64,000 bases of DNA from a bacterium. GTDB taxonomy: Bacteria > SAR324 > NAC60-12. Position numbers and translations under genes: made by a program. Of this stretch, positions 21,023 to 31,159 are shown one piece after another. Location of the stretch: positions 3,904,001 through 3,968,000 of the forward strand of contig OZ242383.1 in NCBI GenBank assembly GCA_965209155.1, given 5' to 3'. Position 1 is the stretch's first letter. Every line of letters starts with the position of its first letter. The notes beneath the pieces are model-generated. The model was not told the DNA's origin, did not search any database, and worked only from the letters and a program-made list of their open reading frames with translations.

Positions 21023-22332
21023 TTATGCTCAAATTACTCGTCATTGCTGATGATCTAACGGGGGCCAATGAAGTGGCGGTTCAGTTTGCTAAAAAAAATA
21101 TTGCTACATTGGTCGTTCTGGATTGGCGTGAAGAGTGGATTGTAGGATCAGATGAATTCCAAGTGGTTGCGGTTAATACAGATTCACGTCATGTATCCGT
21201 CAATGAAGCACAGCAACGGATGCGCACAGTTTTGAAGGCAGCTACTTCTTGGCAAAATCCATTTATCTATAAAAAGATTGACTCGACCTTAAGAGGTAAT
21301 GTTGCAGCGGAATTGGATATGATGAGGACGTGTCTTGGAGAGGAAAAGAGTATGCTTATTCCCGCAAACCCTTCGATGGGAAGAACAGTTGAACAAGGGG
21401 TGATTTTTGTACAAGGGGAACCCTTGTCGGGGAGCGCATACGCTGGGGATCCATTGGAACCCACACAGGAAAGTAGCGTAGTCAGAAAGCTCCAATGCCA
21501 AATCGATGCGCCATATCATTTAATTACCCGGGACATTTTAAAAAAATTCCACACCCATAAACAAAATATTTTTCAAGAAATTGGTTGTTATGTATTTGAT
21601 TCTGCCTCCGAACAGGATTTACGTCGGATAGGAAGATTATTGTTTCGAGAAAACCTGACAAAAGTTCTGGCCGGATCAGGAGGATTTGCTGCTCTTTTGA
21701 CTGAATTCATTGAATTCAAAAATGACTCCATTCATACTCTGCAAAAATCAAAACGACGACTTCTCATCAATGGAAGCCTCAATCCTGTTGTCCATGAACA
21801 AATTCAGTGGGCGCGATCTCATGCGATTCCGGTCTTTACACTTGAACATCAAAGATTCGATCGTGAAGAAAGCATAATGATGGATAATCAATACCTCTTG
21901 TCAAACTGGCTGTTTGGGGCCTACCAAAAAAGTCAAATAACCGTTTTGACGACTCCCTCTCGTGAGAAATTGAACAATGCGTCAACTTCATTTCATGATA
22001 AGGCTTCGAAATGGAATAATTATTTAGGGATGCTCATTGCTTCACTCCTTCAAGTAATTCAAATTGAAGTACTGGTAATTTTTGGAGGCGATACCGCGCT
22101 GGCCATATTGAAGGCATTACAGCTTAAACGTATGGAAGCGGTGAGTGAAATCATACCTGGGGTAGCTCTTCTCAAACCATTGAATGGCATGACAAATCCA
22201 ATTTACATAGTAACCAGGCCAGGCGGATTTGGCGAAGAGAATCATATAGGTTTAATTGAAAATTTTTTTAAAAATGGATCAAATGAAACCAGTCGGAATC
22301 ACGATGGGAGACGCCAACGGGGTGGGTCCTGA
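21019..22332 (+). CDS. four-carbon acid-sugar kinase (DUF1537, DtnK/DenK-like)
   Basis: Motifs IADDLTGANE, YKKIDSTLRGN, GGDTA and TRPGGFG; ATG 21019 overlaps the comEC TGA (ATGA). Confidence 0.9.
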   Translation: MIMLKLLVIADDLTGANEVAVQFAKKNIATLVVLDWREEWIVGSDEFQVVAVNTDSRHVSVNEAQQRMRTVLKAATSWQNPFIYKKIDSTLRGNVAAELDMMRTCLGEEKSMLIPANPSMGRTVEQGVIFVQGEPLSGSAYAGDPLEPTQESSVVRKLQCQIDAPYHLITRDILKKFHTHKQNIFQEIGCYVFDSASEQDLRRIGRLLFRENLTKVLAGSGGFAALLTEFIEFKNDSIHTLQKSKRRLLINGSLNPVVHEQIQWARSHAIPVFTLEHQRFDREESIMMDNQYLLSNWLFGAYQKSQITVLTTPSREKLNNASTSFHDKASKWNNYLGMLIASLLQVIQIEVLVIFGGDTALAILKALQLKRMEAVSEIIPGVALLKPLNGMTNPIYIVTRPGGFGEENHIGLIENFFKNGSNETSRNHDGRRQRGGS

Positions 22333-23251
22333 AATCGTCTTGAACGCTTTCAAGAAAAATGAATTGCCAAGCGATGTATTGGTCATCGGCGATTATTCCA
22401 TATTGGATTACTGTAATCGTTTTTTAAAGCTGGAAGTACCTTTGAAGCGCATCCAATCGTCCGAACATTTACAACCGCAATGTTTAAATGTTTGCGATCA
22501 AGGATTGTTAACTCCCGAAGACTTGAAGATTGGTCAAATCTCAGAATCTGTAGGAAGTGCCAGTCTCGCTTATGTCAAACAAGCAACTCAAATGTGTCTT
22601 GAGAAAAAGCTACGGGCGCTGGCGACATTGCCTGTGAATAAAGCTGCTATCCAATTAAGGAATCCCGACTTTACCGGACACACTGGATTTCTCGCAGAGT
22701 TGTGTGGTATTTCCAATTACACAATGATGCTGGTCTCGGACGCGTTGATTGTCAGCCATCTTTCCACCCATGTTTCTCTCAGAAAAGCCATTGAGTTGGT
22801 AAAAAAAAAGAATATTCTGGAAGTGATCAAGTTAACGCACGAGGTACTATTAAAATTGAGGCAGCGTCAACGGATTGCCGTTGCCGGACTCAATCCCCAT
22901 GCAGGTGAAGACGGAGCCTTTGGAAATGAAGAATTTGAGGAAATTATTCCTGCAATCGAGGAGGCGCGTAAACAGGGATTTGAGATCATTGGCCCTTTTC
23001 CTCCAGATACGATTTTTCGAGAAGCCAATAAAAAATTCGATGCCATTGTTGCCATGTATCATGATCAAGGGCATATTCCGGCAAAATTGATTGATTTTAA
23101 AGGAGCAATCAATGTGACTTTGGGACTCAATATCACGCGAACTTCCGTCGATCATGGTACCGCTTATGACATTGCTTATCAAAATTCAGCTTGGACTGAC
23201 AGCCTGCGAGATGCGGTAAGGCTTGCCATACGATTATCCAACGTAGATTAG
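22274..23251 (+). CDS. pdxA: PdxA-family dehydrogenase (PdxA2, 4-phospho-D-threonate dehydrogenase-like)
   Basis: Motifs ITMGDANGVGPE, GHTG, GLNPHAGE, MYHDQGH and RTSVDHGTAYDIA; adjacent to a DUF1537 kinase. Confidence 0.92.
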   Translation: MDQMKPVGITMGDANGVGPEIVLNAFKKNELPSDVLVIGDYSILDYCNRFLKLEVPLKRIQSSEHLQPQCLNVCDQGLLTPEDLKIGQISESVGSASLAYVKQATQMCLEKKLRALATLPVNKAAIQLRNPDFTGHTGFLAELCGISNYTMMLVSDALIVSHLSTHVSLRKAIELVKKKNILEVIKLTHEVLLKLRQRQRIAVAGLNPHAGEDGAFGNEEFEEIIPAIEEARKQGFEIIGPFPPDTIFREANKKFDAIVAMYHDQGHIPAKLIDFKGAINVTLGLNITRTSVDHGTAYDIAYQNSAWTDSLRDAVRLAIRLSNVD

Positions 23252-23488
23252 CAATTCCAAGTTTACCTTCCCGGGATATTAATCGCCTTCAATGCCTCAC
23301 GTTGAAATCTGTCACTAAGAACGAAAAGCTTGAGGAAGCTCTCAAAGTGTGAAAATATTCATTCACAATTCACTGAATAGTTCATATACAGGGTTCTTCC
23401 ATTGAATGAAGACTGTCCATAATCAAAGCAAACCATCGTTGAAAAGATGGTTTGGACCGAGTAATTTTTAGATTTAAAGAGAGGATTT

Positions 23489-24250
23489 ATGAGTTCAGAA
23501 AAATTCACGTTAAGCCATTCCGATATATTGGAATTAAAACGCTGGAACACACCTACAATTTACAATGGATGGGAAATGATCACCAAGCATGATCGTACAA
23601 AGGACGCCATCAATTTGGAAGAAATCAAAGATTATATGCCACAAATGGGTCCTATGGTAGGATATGCGGTAACCTTGCAATTCAAAGCCAGTGACGGGGA
23701 GTATCAAGCAGCAAATCGTGGCAATGTAATGAGTTATAGAGAATATATGGCCTCGATTCCCGGCCCAAAAATCGCAGTAGTAGAGGATTTAGACAAACCG
23801 GCAACGATTGGTTCATTTTGGGGTGAAGTCAATGCCAATATCCATCGTAGTTTGGGGTGTGTGGGTACGATCACCGATGGCGCTATCCGCGATGTTGACG
23901 AAATGACCAATGCCGGATTCAAAGGAATCGCCCGCCGCTTATGCGTTGGCCATGGATACAATGTTCCCGTCAAATGGAATTGCGAAGTACAAGTATTCGG
24001 TCAGACGATTCAACCGGGTCAATTGATTCATGCGGATAAACATGGTTTTCTCGTCATCCCCGATGACGATTTGCCTCGCATCCTGGAAGCTTCCCGTTTT
24101 ATGGACGGCAATGAATGCAAGACTGTTATCACAGCTGCTCGTTCCACTATCGGACTTTCCAAAGAAAAAATATTGCAAAATCTGGCAGATGCCGGCCAGG
24201 CTTTCGGTAAGGCAGCAAGGGAAAAGCTACAGAGTTCGGGCGAATGGTAA
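23489..24250 (+). CDS. RraA/HMG-aldolase family protein
   Basis: Motifs MVGYAVT, FWGEVNA, TITDGAIRDVDE and HADKHG. Confidence 0.85.
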   Translation: MSSEKFTLSHSDILELKRWNTPTIYNGWEMITKHDRTKDAINLEEIKDYMPQMGPMVGYAVTLQFKASDGEYQAANRGNVMSYREYMASIPGPKIAVVEDLDKPATIGSFWGEVNANIHRSLGCVGTITDGAIRDVDEMTNAGFKGIARRLCVGHGYNVPVKWNCEVQVFGQTIQPGQLIHADKHGFLVIPDDDLPRILEASRFMDGNECKTVITAARSTIGLSKEKILQNLADAGQAFGKAAREKLQSSGEW

Positions 24251-24327
24251 GTTCTCGAACCTTTGTTGATTCCTGGTTTCCCAAATAATCTACAATTCGT
24301 CTCAGCAAATCACAAGGAGATGTTTTC

Positions 24328-25500
24328 ATGAACTTAAACATGCACCTGTGTTTTCCTCAAAACGCCAAGGGCGCTTTGCTACTTGGTAGAGTCTGGAAAG
24401 GCGGATTTGAGGGGGGGCCTTGTATTGTGGTTATCGAAGGAGATCAGGTATTTGATATCAGTCCCGCTTATCCGCTGATGGCGGAATTGCTCAACCAAAC
24501 CGACCTCAATAGTCGTTTGCTCCAAGTTCGCAAAGAGCAATTGGGAAGCGTATACACCATTCTGGAAAATAGCGATCCGAATGTTCGCGATCCGGAACAA
24601 CCCTACTTTCTGGCACCTTGCGATTTGCAAACCATCAAAGCTTGTGGGGTGACTTTTGCCAATTCCATGCTGGAACGTCTGGTGGAAGAACAGTCCCAAG
24701 GCGACCCTGCCAAAGCCAGTCAGTTTCGGCAGTCCCTGGAAGGCGAGCTAAATGTGGATCTGGCTAAAATCAAACCGGGGTCTCGGGAAGCAGAAAACGT
24801 CAAACAAGCGTTACTTAAAAAAAATCTCTGGTCACCTTATCTTGAAGTGGGAATCGGTCCGGATGCCGAAGTATTTTCAAAGGCTTCTCCCATGGCGGCT
24901 ATAGGCACTGGTGAAACCTTGGGAATTCGTTCTGATTCCTCATGGAACAATCCGGAGCCGGAAATCGTTTTGGTGATAAATGCTGATGCTAAAATTGTCG
25001 GTGTCACTTTGGGTAACGATGTGAATTTACGAGATATCGAAGGACGCAGCGCTTTGTTACTGGGAAAGGCTAAAGACAATAATGCCTCTTGCGTGATTGG
25101 TCCTTTTATCCGCCTTTTCAATGAAACTTATTCTTTGGATGATGTACGGGTGGCCGAATTAACCGTGGAGGTATTTGGAACGGAGGGATTTACTATGAAA
25201 GCAGAAAGCACTTTGACCAAGATCAGCCGCGATGTAGAAGATTTGGTTGCCCAGACTATTGGAAAGCATCACCAATATCCAGATGGATTGATGCTCTTTA
25301 CCGGCACCTTATTTGCTCCCACTATGGACCGTGATCAACCTGGAGAAGGATTCACCCACAAAACTGGAGACGTTGTCAAGATAACCTCTCCTCAATTGGG
25401 CTGTTTGCTCAATCGTGTTGCATATTGCCAAGATCTACCACGCTGGGAATTTGGTAGCGTTGCTCTATTTCGAAATTTAGCCAAACGGGGATTGCTATAA
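24328..25500 (+). CDS. fumarylacetoacetate-hydrolase family protein resembling XylX 2-keto-3-deoxy-xylonate dehydratase
   Basis: KACGVTF, YLEVGIGPDAEVF, WNNPEPE, GNDVNLRDIEGRSALLLGKAKDNNASC and RNLAKRGLL match my recollection of Caulobacter XylX. Confidence 0.85.
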   Translation: MNLNMHLCFPQNAKGALLLGRVWKGGFEGGPCIVVIEGDQVFDISPAYPLMAELLNQTDLNSRLLQVRKEQLGSVYTILENSDPNVRDPEQPYFLAPCDLQTIKACGVTFANSMLERLVEEQSQGDPAKASQFRQSLEGELNVDLAKIKPGSREAENVKQALLKKNLWSPYLEVGIGPDAEVFSKASPMAAIGTGETLGIRSDSSWNNPEPEIVLVINADAKIVGVTLGNDVNLRDIEGRSALLLGKAKDNNASCVIGPFIRLFNETYSLDDVRVAELTVEVFGTEGFTMKAESTLTKISRDVEDLVAQTIGKHHQYPDGLMLFTGTLFAPTMDRDQPGEGFTHKTGDVVKITSPQLGCLLNRVAYCQDLPRWEFGSVALFRNLAKRGLL

Positions 25501-25589
25501 GACCATGGTCTGTGCCCACTCTATATCCACCAACCCTTTTCAAATCGATTCCTCGATATCCTCCAAGAAGTAAGTTGTAATTCAATCTA

Positions 25590-26093
25590 TTAATCCCTCC
25601 CGACGTGGTTCAGAGTGCCATTTGTTATGTTGATTGCGAATGCCTGGCCAAATCCAACTACGTATTGTCCACATTCCGGCTTTAAAGCGAATAGATGAAA
25701 ATCCGGTAAATTGCGTAATATCGCGACAACTTCTCCAAATTTTTTCTGCATTGCTTGCAATTGAACGTCAAATGCAACTTCGTTGGGTTGGATTTTATCG
25801 ACACGACAGCTAAAAACGATACGTTCACGCGCAAAGAGGTTGCTGGATTCAGATTCAGGACGAATGAACAATATGGATGCTTGTTGATTTTCCAGCAAAT
25901 TCGCTGTGTGTTGAGCCAATTCACTGACATAAATATAAAACGTACCGTCGTGATCTCGCACATAAGGCGCATAACTGATATGGGGAAGATTGTCTTTGGA
26001 AATACTTGCAAGGATCAGGGTCTGCTGCGAAGAAATCAGTTCATGATAAGCATTGGTGATCTTTCTCGATGACTCTGGACTGACTTCACTCAT
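25590..26093 (-). CDS. HugZ/pyridoxamine-5'-phosphate-oxidase-like (split barrel) protein
   Basis: Motifs PHISYAPY, YVSELAQHTANL, FARER and LPDFHLF...GQYVVGFGQAF. Confidence 0.85.
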   Translation of the reverse strand: MSEVSPESSRKITNAYHELISSQQTLILASISKDNLPHISYAPYVRDHDGTFYIYVSELAQHTANLLENQQASILFIRPESESSNLFARERIVFSCRVDKIQPNEVAFDVQLQAMQKKFGEVVAILRNLPDFHLFALKPECGQYVVGFGQAFAINITNGTLNHVGRD

Positions 26094-26213
26094 GAAAATT
26101 CTCCTTATTCACCGTGCAGAGGAAAACCATTGTTCGGAATCAAAAAAATAGATGCATAATCCAACTCACAATATGTTTATAGTATTTTTATGCGAATCAG
26201 GATTTAAAAAACA

Positions 26214-26321
26214 TGTCATTCCTGGCTTGACCAGGAATCCAGGGGAATACGGGCGATATTTTGGATGCCGGATCATCCCAGACTTGATCCGGGACCAGCA
26301 TGATCCGGGACCAGCATGACA
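26214..26321. repeat. REP-like palindrome pair (GTCATTCC...GGAATCCAG family)
   Basis: TGTCATTCCTGGCTTGACCAGGAATCCAG plus an opposed copy with an internal TGATCCGGGACCAGCA duplication; same family as the palindromes at 122-250. Confidence 0.7.
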
Positions 26322-26454
26322 CATCATAATCAGGGCTTGCTGAAAAACTTTACTTTTTAAGATCAGAGTTGTTCTTTTTGAAGTAACGCATACTCTCTCA
26401 AACTTACTTTTGTAGGGTGAAAAATGGAAGTCCACAGCAGGCGCACCTCGTATT

Positions 26455-26931
26455 TCAGGCATCGCGCCATTGTTTTCCGCGTTTTATGACAGGTTCCAAT
26501 AATCCATAATCCAGTTCATCCACATGATAACCTTCGGGAAAAGGGGGACGTGCCTCCAGTCCCAGGCCCTCAAAAACCTGATCATGCTGGTAGTAGCAGA
26601 CCATGACCAATTTGCCGAAATGCTCTAGAAATTCGTGCTGTGAAACGCGTAAATTTTCAATCAAACTTTCTTTCAATGCTTGAGACAGTTCAGCGAAGTC
26701 AGCGTTGTGATTCTCAAGGGAGGTTTGGTGGATGGCACGGAGTCCCTGTGGGAGATCGTGCCCATAAAACTGGGGATCAAACTCCAGGAGAAATTCCTGA
26801 AAACCGACTTCATTTGCGCCAGGCATGTTGACCTCCGGATTCGCGGGGATCACCATCTCCAGCAATGCCTCAAGCGTGCGCTTCTGCTGCGGGTCTAAGT
26901 GTTGTTCAGCAGGACTTGTTTTGTTGTCCAT
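26455..26931 (-). CDS. gluconate 2-dehydrogenase subunit-3 family protein
   Basis: Motifs LLEMVIP...MPGANEVG, ADFAELS, CYYQHDQV...LGLEARPPFPEGY and LLEPVIKRG; follows the GMC gene; start MDNKTS. Confidence 0.85.
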   Translation of the reverse strand: MDNKTSPAEQHLDPQQKRTLEALLEMVIPANPEVNMPGANEVGFQEFLLEFDPQFYGHDLPQGLRAIHQTSLENHNADFAELSQALKESLIENLRVSQHEFLEHFGKLVMVCYYQHDQVFEGLGLEARPPFPEGYHVDELDYGLLEPVIKRGKQWRDA

Positions 26932-26938
26932 AAGTGTT

Positions 26939-28561
26939 TTAATCAAATAAATTTGTAATGTTTTTCTTGATGGAATCGGCAATATATAAAGACAGGGACT
27001 GGAGGGTATTTGTCGGATTACAAGCCGATGATGTGACAAAAATGCTGGCATCCACAATAAAGAGATTACGCACATCGTGACTACGGCCCCATTCATTGAC
27101 CACTGAATTTGATGGATCTTTCCCCATTCGTGCGGTTCCCATCAGGTGCCAGCCACTGCCCCGGACAAGCCCCTCGAATTCCGTTTTCCAGGCACCAGCC
27201 GCCTCCATGAGTTCTCTCCCTCTGGCAAGGGCATGAGTCATCATTCTTTTAGAGTTTTCACTATATCGGTAGGTGATTTTTGGCGCAGGGATCCCGTTTG
27301 AATCTTTTAATTCCTGGTCCAGGGTGACTTGATTACATGCTTCCGGCAGATCTTCGCAAAGAATGTCCGTCATGATGCTGGTGCCAAAATGTTTTTTGAA
27401 CATCTCATGATGTTGAGATCCCCAGGGTATTTCCTCTCCATGAACAAGGGCCGTGGTTGTGGGCCCAGGTGCCTTAATGATGGAGAGGGTGTAACCTCTG
27501 ACAAAATCCAAGTCCGGATTGGTTTCACTAAATTCATGGCTGGTAATGCCATTCATCACAGGCCCTATTTGAAAATTTGATCCTTCCTTGAAATACCCAA
27601 CAACCTTCCCCCAAGGATGCAGCATCAGATTCTTGCCAACCAGACCCGAGTGATTGGCAAGGCCATCGGGGAACTGTGAAGTGCTTGAGTTGAGAAGCAG
27701 CCTGGGTGTGCCGACCGCATTGCAAGCGAGGATGACCACTTCCGCCTTTTGTCGGTTCTCCCGGCCCTCCGCATCAAAATAAATAACCCCGTCAGCCATG
27801 CCTTGGGAATTGAGGGTAATCTCACGCACCCGACAGTTGGTTTTGAGTTCAACTCCTTTTTTTCTGAGAGCCAGGGGCCAGTAAGTGACATCCGGAGTGG
27901 CTTTTGCTCCCTGGGCGCATCCGGAATTGCAGGTTCCCAGATTGATGCACTTATCTCGGCCTTGATAGGGTTGACTGACAATCGCTCGGTCTGCCGTCCA
28001 CCAGTGCCATCCCAGTTTATTGAATCCTCTTGCAATGACATTGCCCATTTCTCCACTCGCGATGGGAGGCAGCGGGGGTTTCTTAGGAGGGTAGGCAGGA
28101 TCCCCCTCCAGACCAGAGACCCCGTTTATGAGGTCATTTTGATGATAGTAGGGTTCGAGTTGTTGATAGCTGATGGGCCAGTCCTCGGCCACGCCATCCA
28201 AGCTTTTCACTCTAAAATCCGAGGGATGGAATCGAGGATAAAATCCACTGAAATTAATAGTCGTGCCTCCTACAGCATTATAGTTAAAGATTTGAACAGC
28301 TGATTCCTCATCGTTGATCGGGTAATCGGCTTTACGATTTCGATCGTTTGGACTCAGGGACATTTCATTTTTTTTTAGATTGAGCCAACGGCCTTCTCTG
28401 CCTTCCCAATCACGAAAATTACTGGGGTAGTCCGCCTGTTTCATATAATCACCCTGTTCCATGCACATGATTCGTGCGCCTGTATCCGCCAAGCTCCAAG
28501 TGGCAGCGGCTCCAGAAGGCCCTGAACCAATGATTAAGAAATCCACAATTTCTTCTGCCAT
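26939..28561 (-). CDS. GMC-family FAD oxidoreductase
   Basis: Motifs IIGSGPSG, VGGTT, SGLVGKNLMLH, HLMGTARMG and NPTNT. Confidence 0.93.
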   Translation of the reverse strand: MAEEIVDFLIIGSGPSGAAATWSLADTGARIMCMEQGDYMKQADYPSNFRDWEGREGRWLNLKKNEMSLSPNDRNRKADYPINDEESAVQIFNYNAVGGTTINFSGFYPRFHPSDFRVKSLDGVAEDWPISYQQLEPYYHQNDLINGVSGLEGDPAYPPKKPPLPPIASGEMGNVIARGFNKLGWHWWTADRAIVSQPYQGRDKCINLGTCNSGCAQGAKATPDVTYWPLALRKKGVELKTNCRVREITLNSQGMADGVIYFDAEGRENRQKAEVVILACNAVGTPRLLLNSSTSQFPDGLANHSGLVGKNLMLHPWGKVVGYFKEGSNFQIGPVMNGITSHEFSETNPDLDFVRGYTLSIIKAPGPTTTALVHGEEIPWGSQHHEMFKKHFGTSIMTDILCEDLPEACNQVTLDQELKDSNGIPAPKITYRYSENSKRMMTHALARGRELMEAAGAWKTEFEGLVRGSGWHLMGTARMGKDPSNSVVNEWGRSHDVRNLFIVDASIFVTSSACNPTNTLQSLSLYIADSIKKNITNLFD

Positions 28562-28599
28562 GATTATTCCTTTTTATATACTGTTCACTGTTTATTGCA

Positions 28600-28728
28600 G
28601 GCTTGCTTGATCCCCGTCTTCATCATAATGGATCCTACCTCGGTTGTCGAGTGCCAAAGCACGTCGGGTGCCCTCTTCTCGGTAACGAACCATGGCTGAT
28701 TCTTTGGTTCCATAATCCACAAGAACAG
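28600..28728 (-). pseudogene. N-terminal fragment of a phytanoyl-CoA dioxygenase (PhyH)-like gene fused to the GMC upstream region
   Basis: Translates LVDYGTKESAMVRYREEGTRRALALDNRGRIHYDEDG, which resembles N-termini of marine PhyH-family proteins (recollection); stops shortly after. Confidence 0.45.
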
Positions 28729-29050
28729 AATATCCACAATCATGAAACGCTTCGGGATACCATCTTACCGCCCCAGTAGCCTGAGACCAGGCCGTGATTT
28801 TATTTGGGCTTGATCTTATTTGAATTAAATTTTAACTCTTGATTCACGTTATTTTTATGTGCGCCTTTCAATTGAAGGAAAGAAGACCTTGGATTGGAGG
28901 CTTCTTTTACGTTTTGTTACAGCGCCGTAACCGCCTTAGCCATTTTAGAGGATGAAGGATAAATCTTTCATACTCAGCATCCGCCCCATTTGGAAACCTT
29001 GATGGGCAACCCGAATCGCGGAAGCTCAACGACGATTCGGCAATTCGGAA

Positions 29051-30475
29051 TCAATTTTCCCGTTCTTGTTTGGACATTTTTTGTTTGATTCCCATGATCT
29101 GAGTCTTGGAAAGTTTGGGAAGAGTTTGGGATTGCGTGATTCCAAGGGCTTTTTCCTGAGCTTTGCGCCATCGGAGAAGTCGTTCTGTGATGGTGGCTTC
29201 GTGTCCTTCACTGGTAGGTCTGTAGAAATAGGTTCCCATCAATTCATCGGGTAGGTATTGCTGTCCGATATGATGTTGAGGGAATTCATGAGGATAAATA
29301 TAATTTTCACCATGTCCCAATGCGTCCCTGTCCCGGTTGGCATCTTTCAAGTGAGCGGGAACCTCCACTCGTCCTTCTTTTTCGATTTGCTCATAGGCGG
29401 TAAAATACGCACCAGTGCTGTTGGATTTAGGAGCAGTGGCCAGATAAATCGTGGCCTCCACGATGGGGTATATACCCTCGGGAAGGCCCACGTATTCGAA
29501 ACTTTGAGCTGCCGCATTTGCCAGCACCAATCCCATAGGAGCAGCCAATCCCACATCCTCTCCGGCAAGAATCAAAAGCCGTCGCAAAATAAAACGAGGA
29601 CTTTCGCCTGCATAAATCATTTTAGCCAACCAGTACAATGCCGCATCCGGGTCGGAACCCCTGATTGATTTGATGAAAGCGCTTATGGTGTCGTAATGCG
29701 CATCACCATCTTTGTCGTAAAGCAAAGCGCGTCGCTGAATGGATTCCTGGGCTATTTCCAAATTTATATGAATGACCCCATCCTGCCGGACCGGGGTGGA
29801 CTCGACTGCGAGTTCCAAGGCATTCAATGCATTTCGGGCATCTCCTCCGGCAACTTGAATTAAATGCGTCAGCGCATCTTGATCCAATTGTATCTTTCTC
29901 TTACCATATCCTCGTTCCGTATCGGAGAGCGCGTGTTGCAGAATCTGTCTCACCTCCTGATCAAAGAGGCTCTTCAGTTGAAAGATCCGGGAACGCGAAA
30001 CCAGCGCGGCATTGACTTCAAAGTAGGGATTTTCGGTGGTGGCTCCTATGAGAGTAATCAAGCCTTCTTCCACATATGGCAACAAGGCATCTTGCTGAGC
30101 TTTGTTCCATCGGTGAACTTCATCGACAAACAAAAGCGTATGTCGTTCATGGAACTTGAAGCGCTCTGCTGCTTCATCAAAGACTTTCCGCAAATCCGCT
30201 TTACCGGAAAGCACGGCACTGATCAATTGGAAATGAGAGCGTGTGGTATTGGCAATAATGTGAGCCAAAGTCGTTTTCCCGGAACCTGGAGGTCCCCAGA
30301 GAATGATGGAAGAAAAAAGACGGTCACTTTCAATTGCCCTGCGCAGTAAACGTCCTGGACCTATAATGGCATTCTGTCCGACTAATTCATCCAGAGTTCG
30401 TGGACGAAGTCTTGCCGCTAAAGGTATTCTCTCGGCTGCATGATTTTCAACTGCATGATCAAAAAGATCCATCAT
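29051..30475 (-). CDS. rarA: replication-associated recombination protein A (AAA+ ATPase)
   Basis: Motifs PLAARLRP, WGPPGSGKTT, DEVHRWNKAQQD, GATTENPYF and HYDTISAFIKSIRGSDPDAA. Confidence 0.96.
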   Translation of the reverse strand: MMDLFDHAVENHAAERIPLAARLRPRTLDELVGQNAIIGPGRLLRRAIESDRLFSSIILWGPPGSGKTTLAHIIANTTRSHFQLISAVLSGKADLRKVFDEAAERFKFHERHTLLFVDEVHRWNKAQQDALLPYVEEGLITLIGATTENPYFEVNAALVSRSRIFQLKSLFDQEVRQILQHALSDTERGYGKRKIQLDQDALTHLIQVAGGDARNALNALELAVESTPVRQDGVIHINLEIAQESIQRRALLYDKDGDAHYDTISAFIKSIRGSDPDAALYWLAKMIYAGESPRFILRRLLILAGEDVGLAAPMGLVLANAAAQSFEYVGLPEGIYPIVEATIYLATAPKSNSTGAYFTAYEQIEKEGRVEVPAHLKDANRDRDALGHGENYIYPHEFPQHHIGQQYLPDELMGTYFYRPTSEGHEATITERLLRWRKAQEKALGITQSQTLPKLSKTQIMGIKQKMSKQEREN

Positions 30476-30892
30476 GGCTCAAGTGCGTGTATTTTGCGAC
30501 TTCAATCATATAAAAATCTTTGCGACTTCAATCACTGCTTAATCAACACAATATATCATATTCTCAACGAAGTCAAAATGAGAAAAAAGATTTAGTGGAT
30601 ATTTAGTATTTTTTTAGCCCTTTCTTTGCATTCTCGCTAGTGAATGATTCTTTTAGGAGGAGTTTGTTCAAGCGGGTCTTTGCTTTTCTAAGCTTTTTTG
30701 GAATTCGTTTGCCTTGAGAAGGTGGGTGAAGAGCTGCTCGCTTTCCAGGCTATTGGCCTGAATGTTTTCTGACAAAAACTCAGGAGGGATGGATTGGTTT
30801 TTATTTGGTTTCAAAATCGATTTCCTTTCTTTATTTATTGCGTTTCTAATGAGTCGGTCTCTTTTTCGGAGAAGCCATGGGAGGCAAGCGGA

Positions 30893-31111
30893 TTATTCTT
30901 TGTTAGCAGCCAATGTCAACCCTGCAATGAAATGTTTCTGCATGAGAAAGAACATGATCACTATGGGGGGATAGGCAATCGCTTCGTCCATGCCTTTCAC
31001 CGTCCACCGCTCCCGGACTTCAAAGCCGAGGATTCCGCAGTAGAAATCGAGGAATCTTTCGGAATCGGCCGTTGCTAATCCGATGTGATCCAATCGTTTG
31101 AACTTGAACAT
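30893..31111 (-). pseudogene. chimeric remnant: VOC/glyoxalase N-terminus fused to a sugar-ABC-permease-like C-terminus
   Basis: MFKFKRLDHIGLATAD...FYCGILGF (VOC) then PPIVIMFFLMQKHFIAGLTLAANK (MalG-type tail); AGGAGGT RBS upstream. Confidence 0.6.
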
Positions 31112-31159
31112 TGCTCACCTCCTAAATATGATCAAAAAAGAAAAACCAGCAGAAATTCT

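Noticed and set aside
23426..23462. GCAAACCATC...GATGGTTTG hairpin resembling a c-di-GMP-I riboswitch
   Set aside because: Lacks the downstream GACGCAAA/second stem; only a simple hairpin is supported
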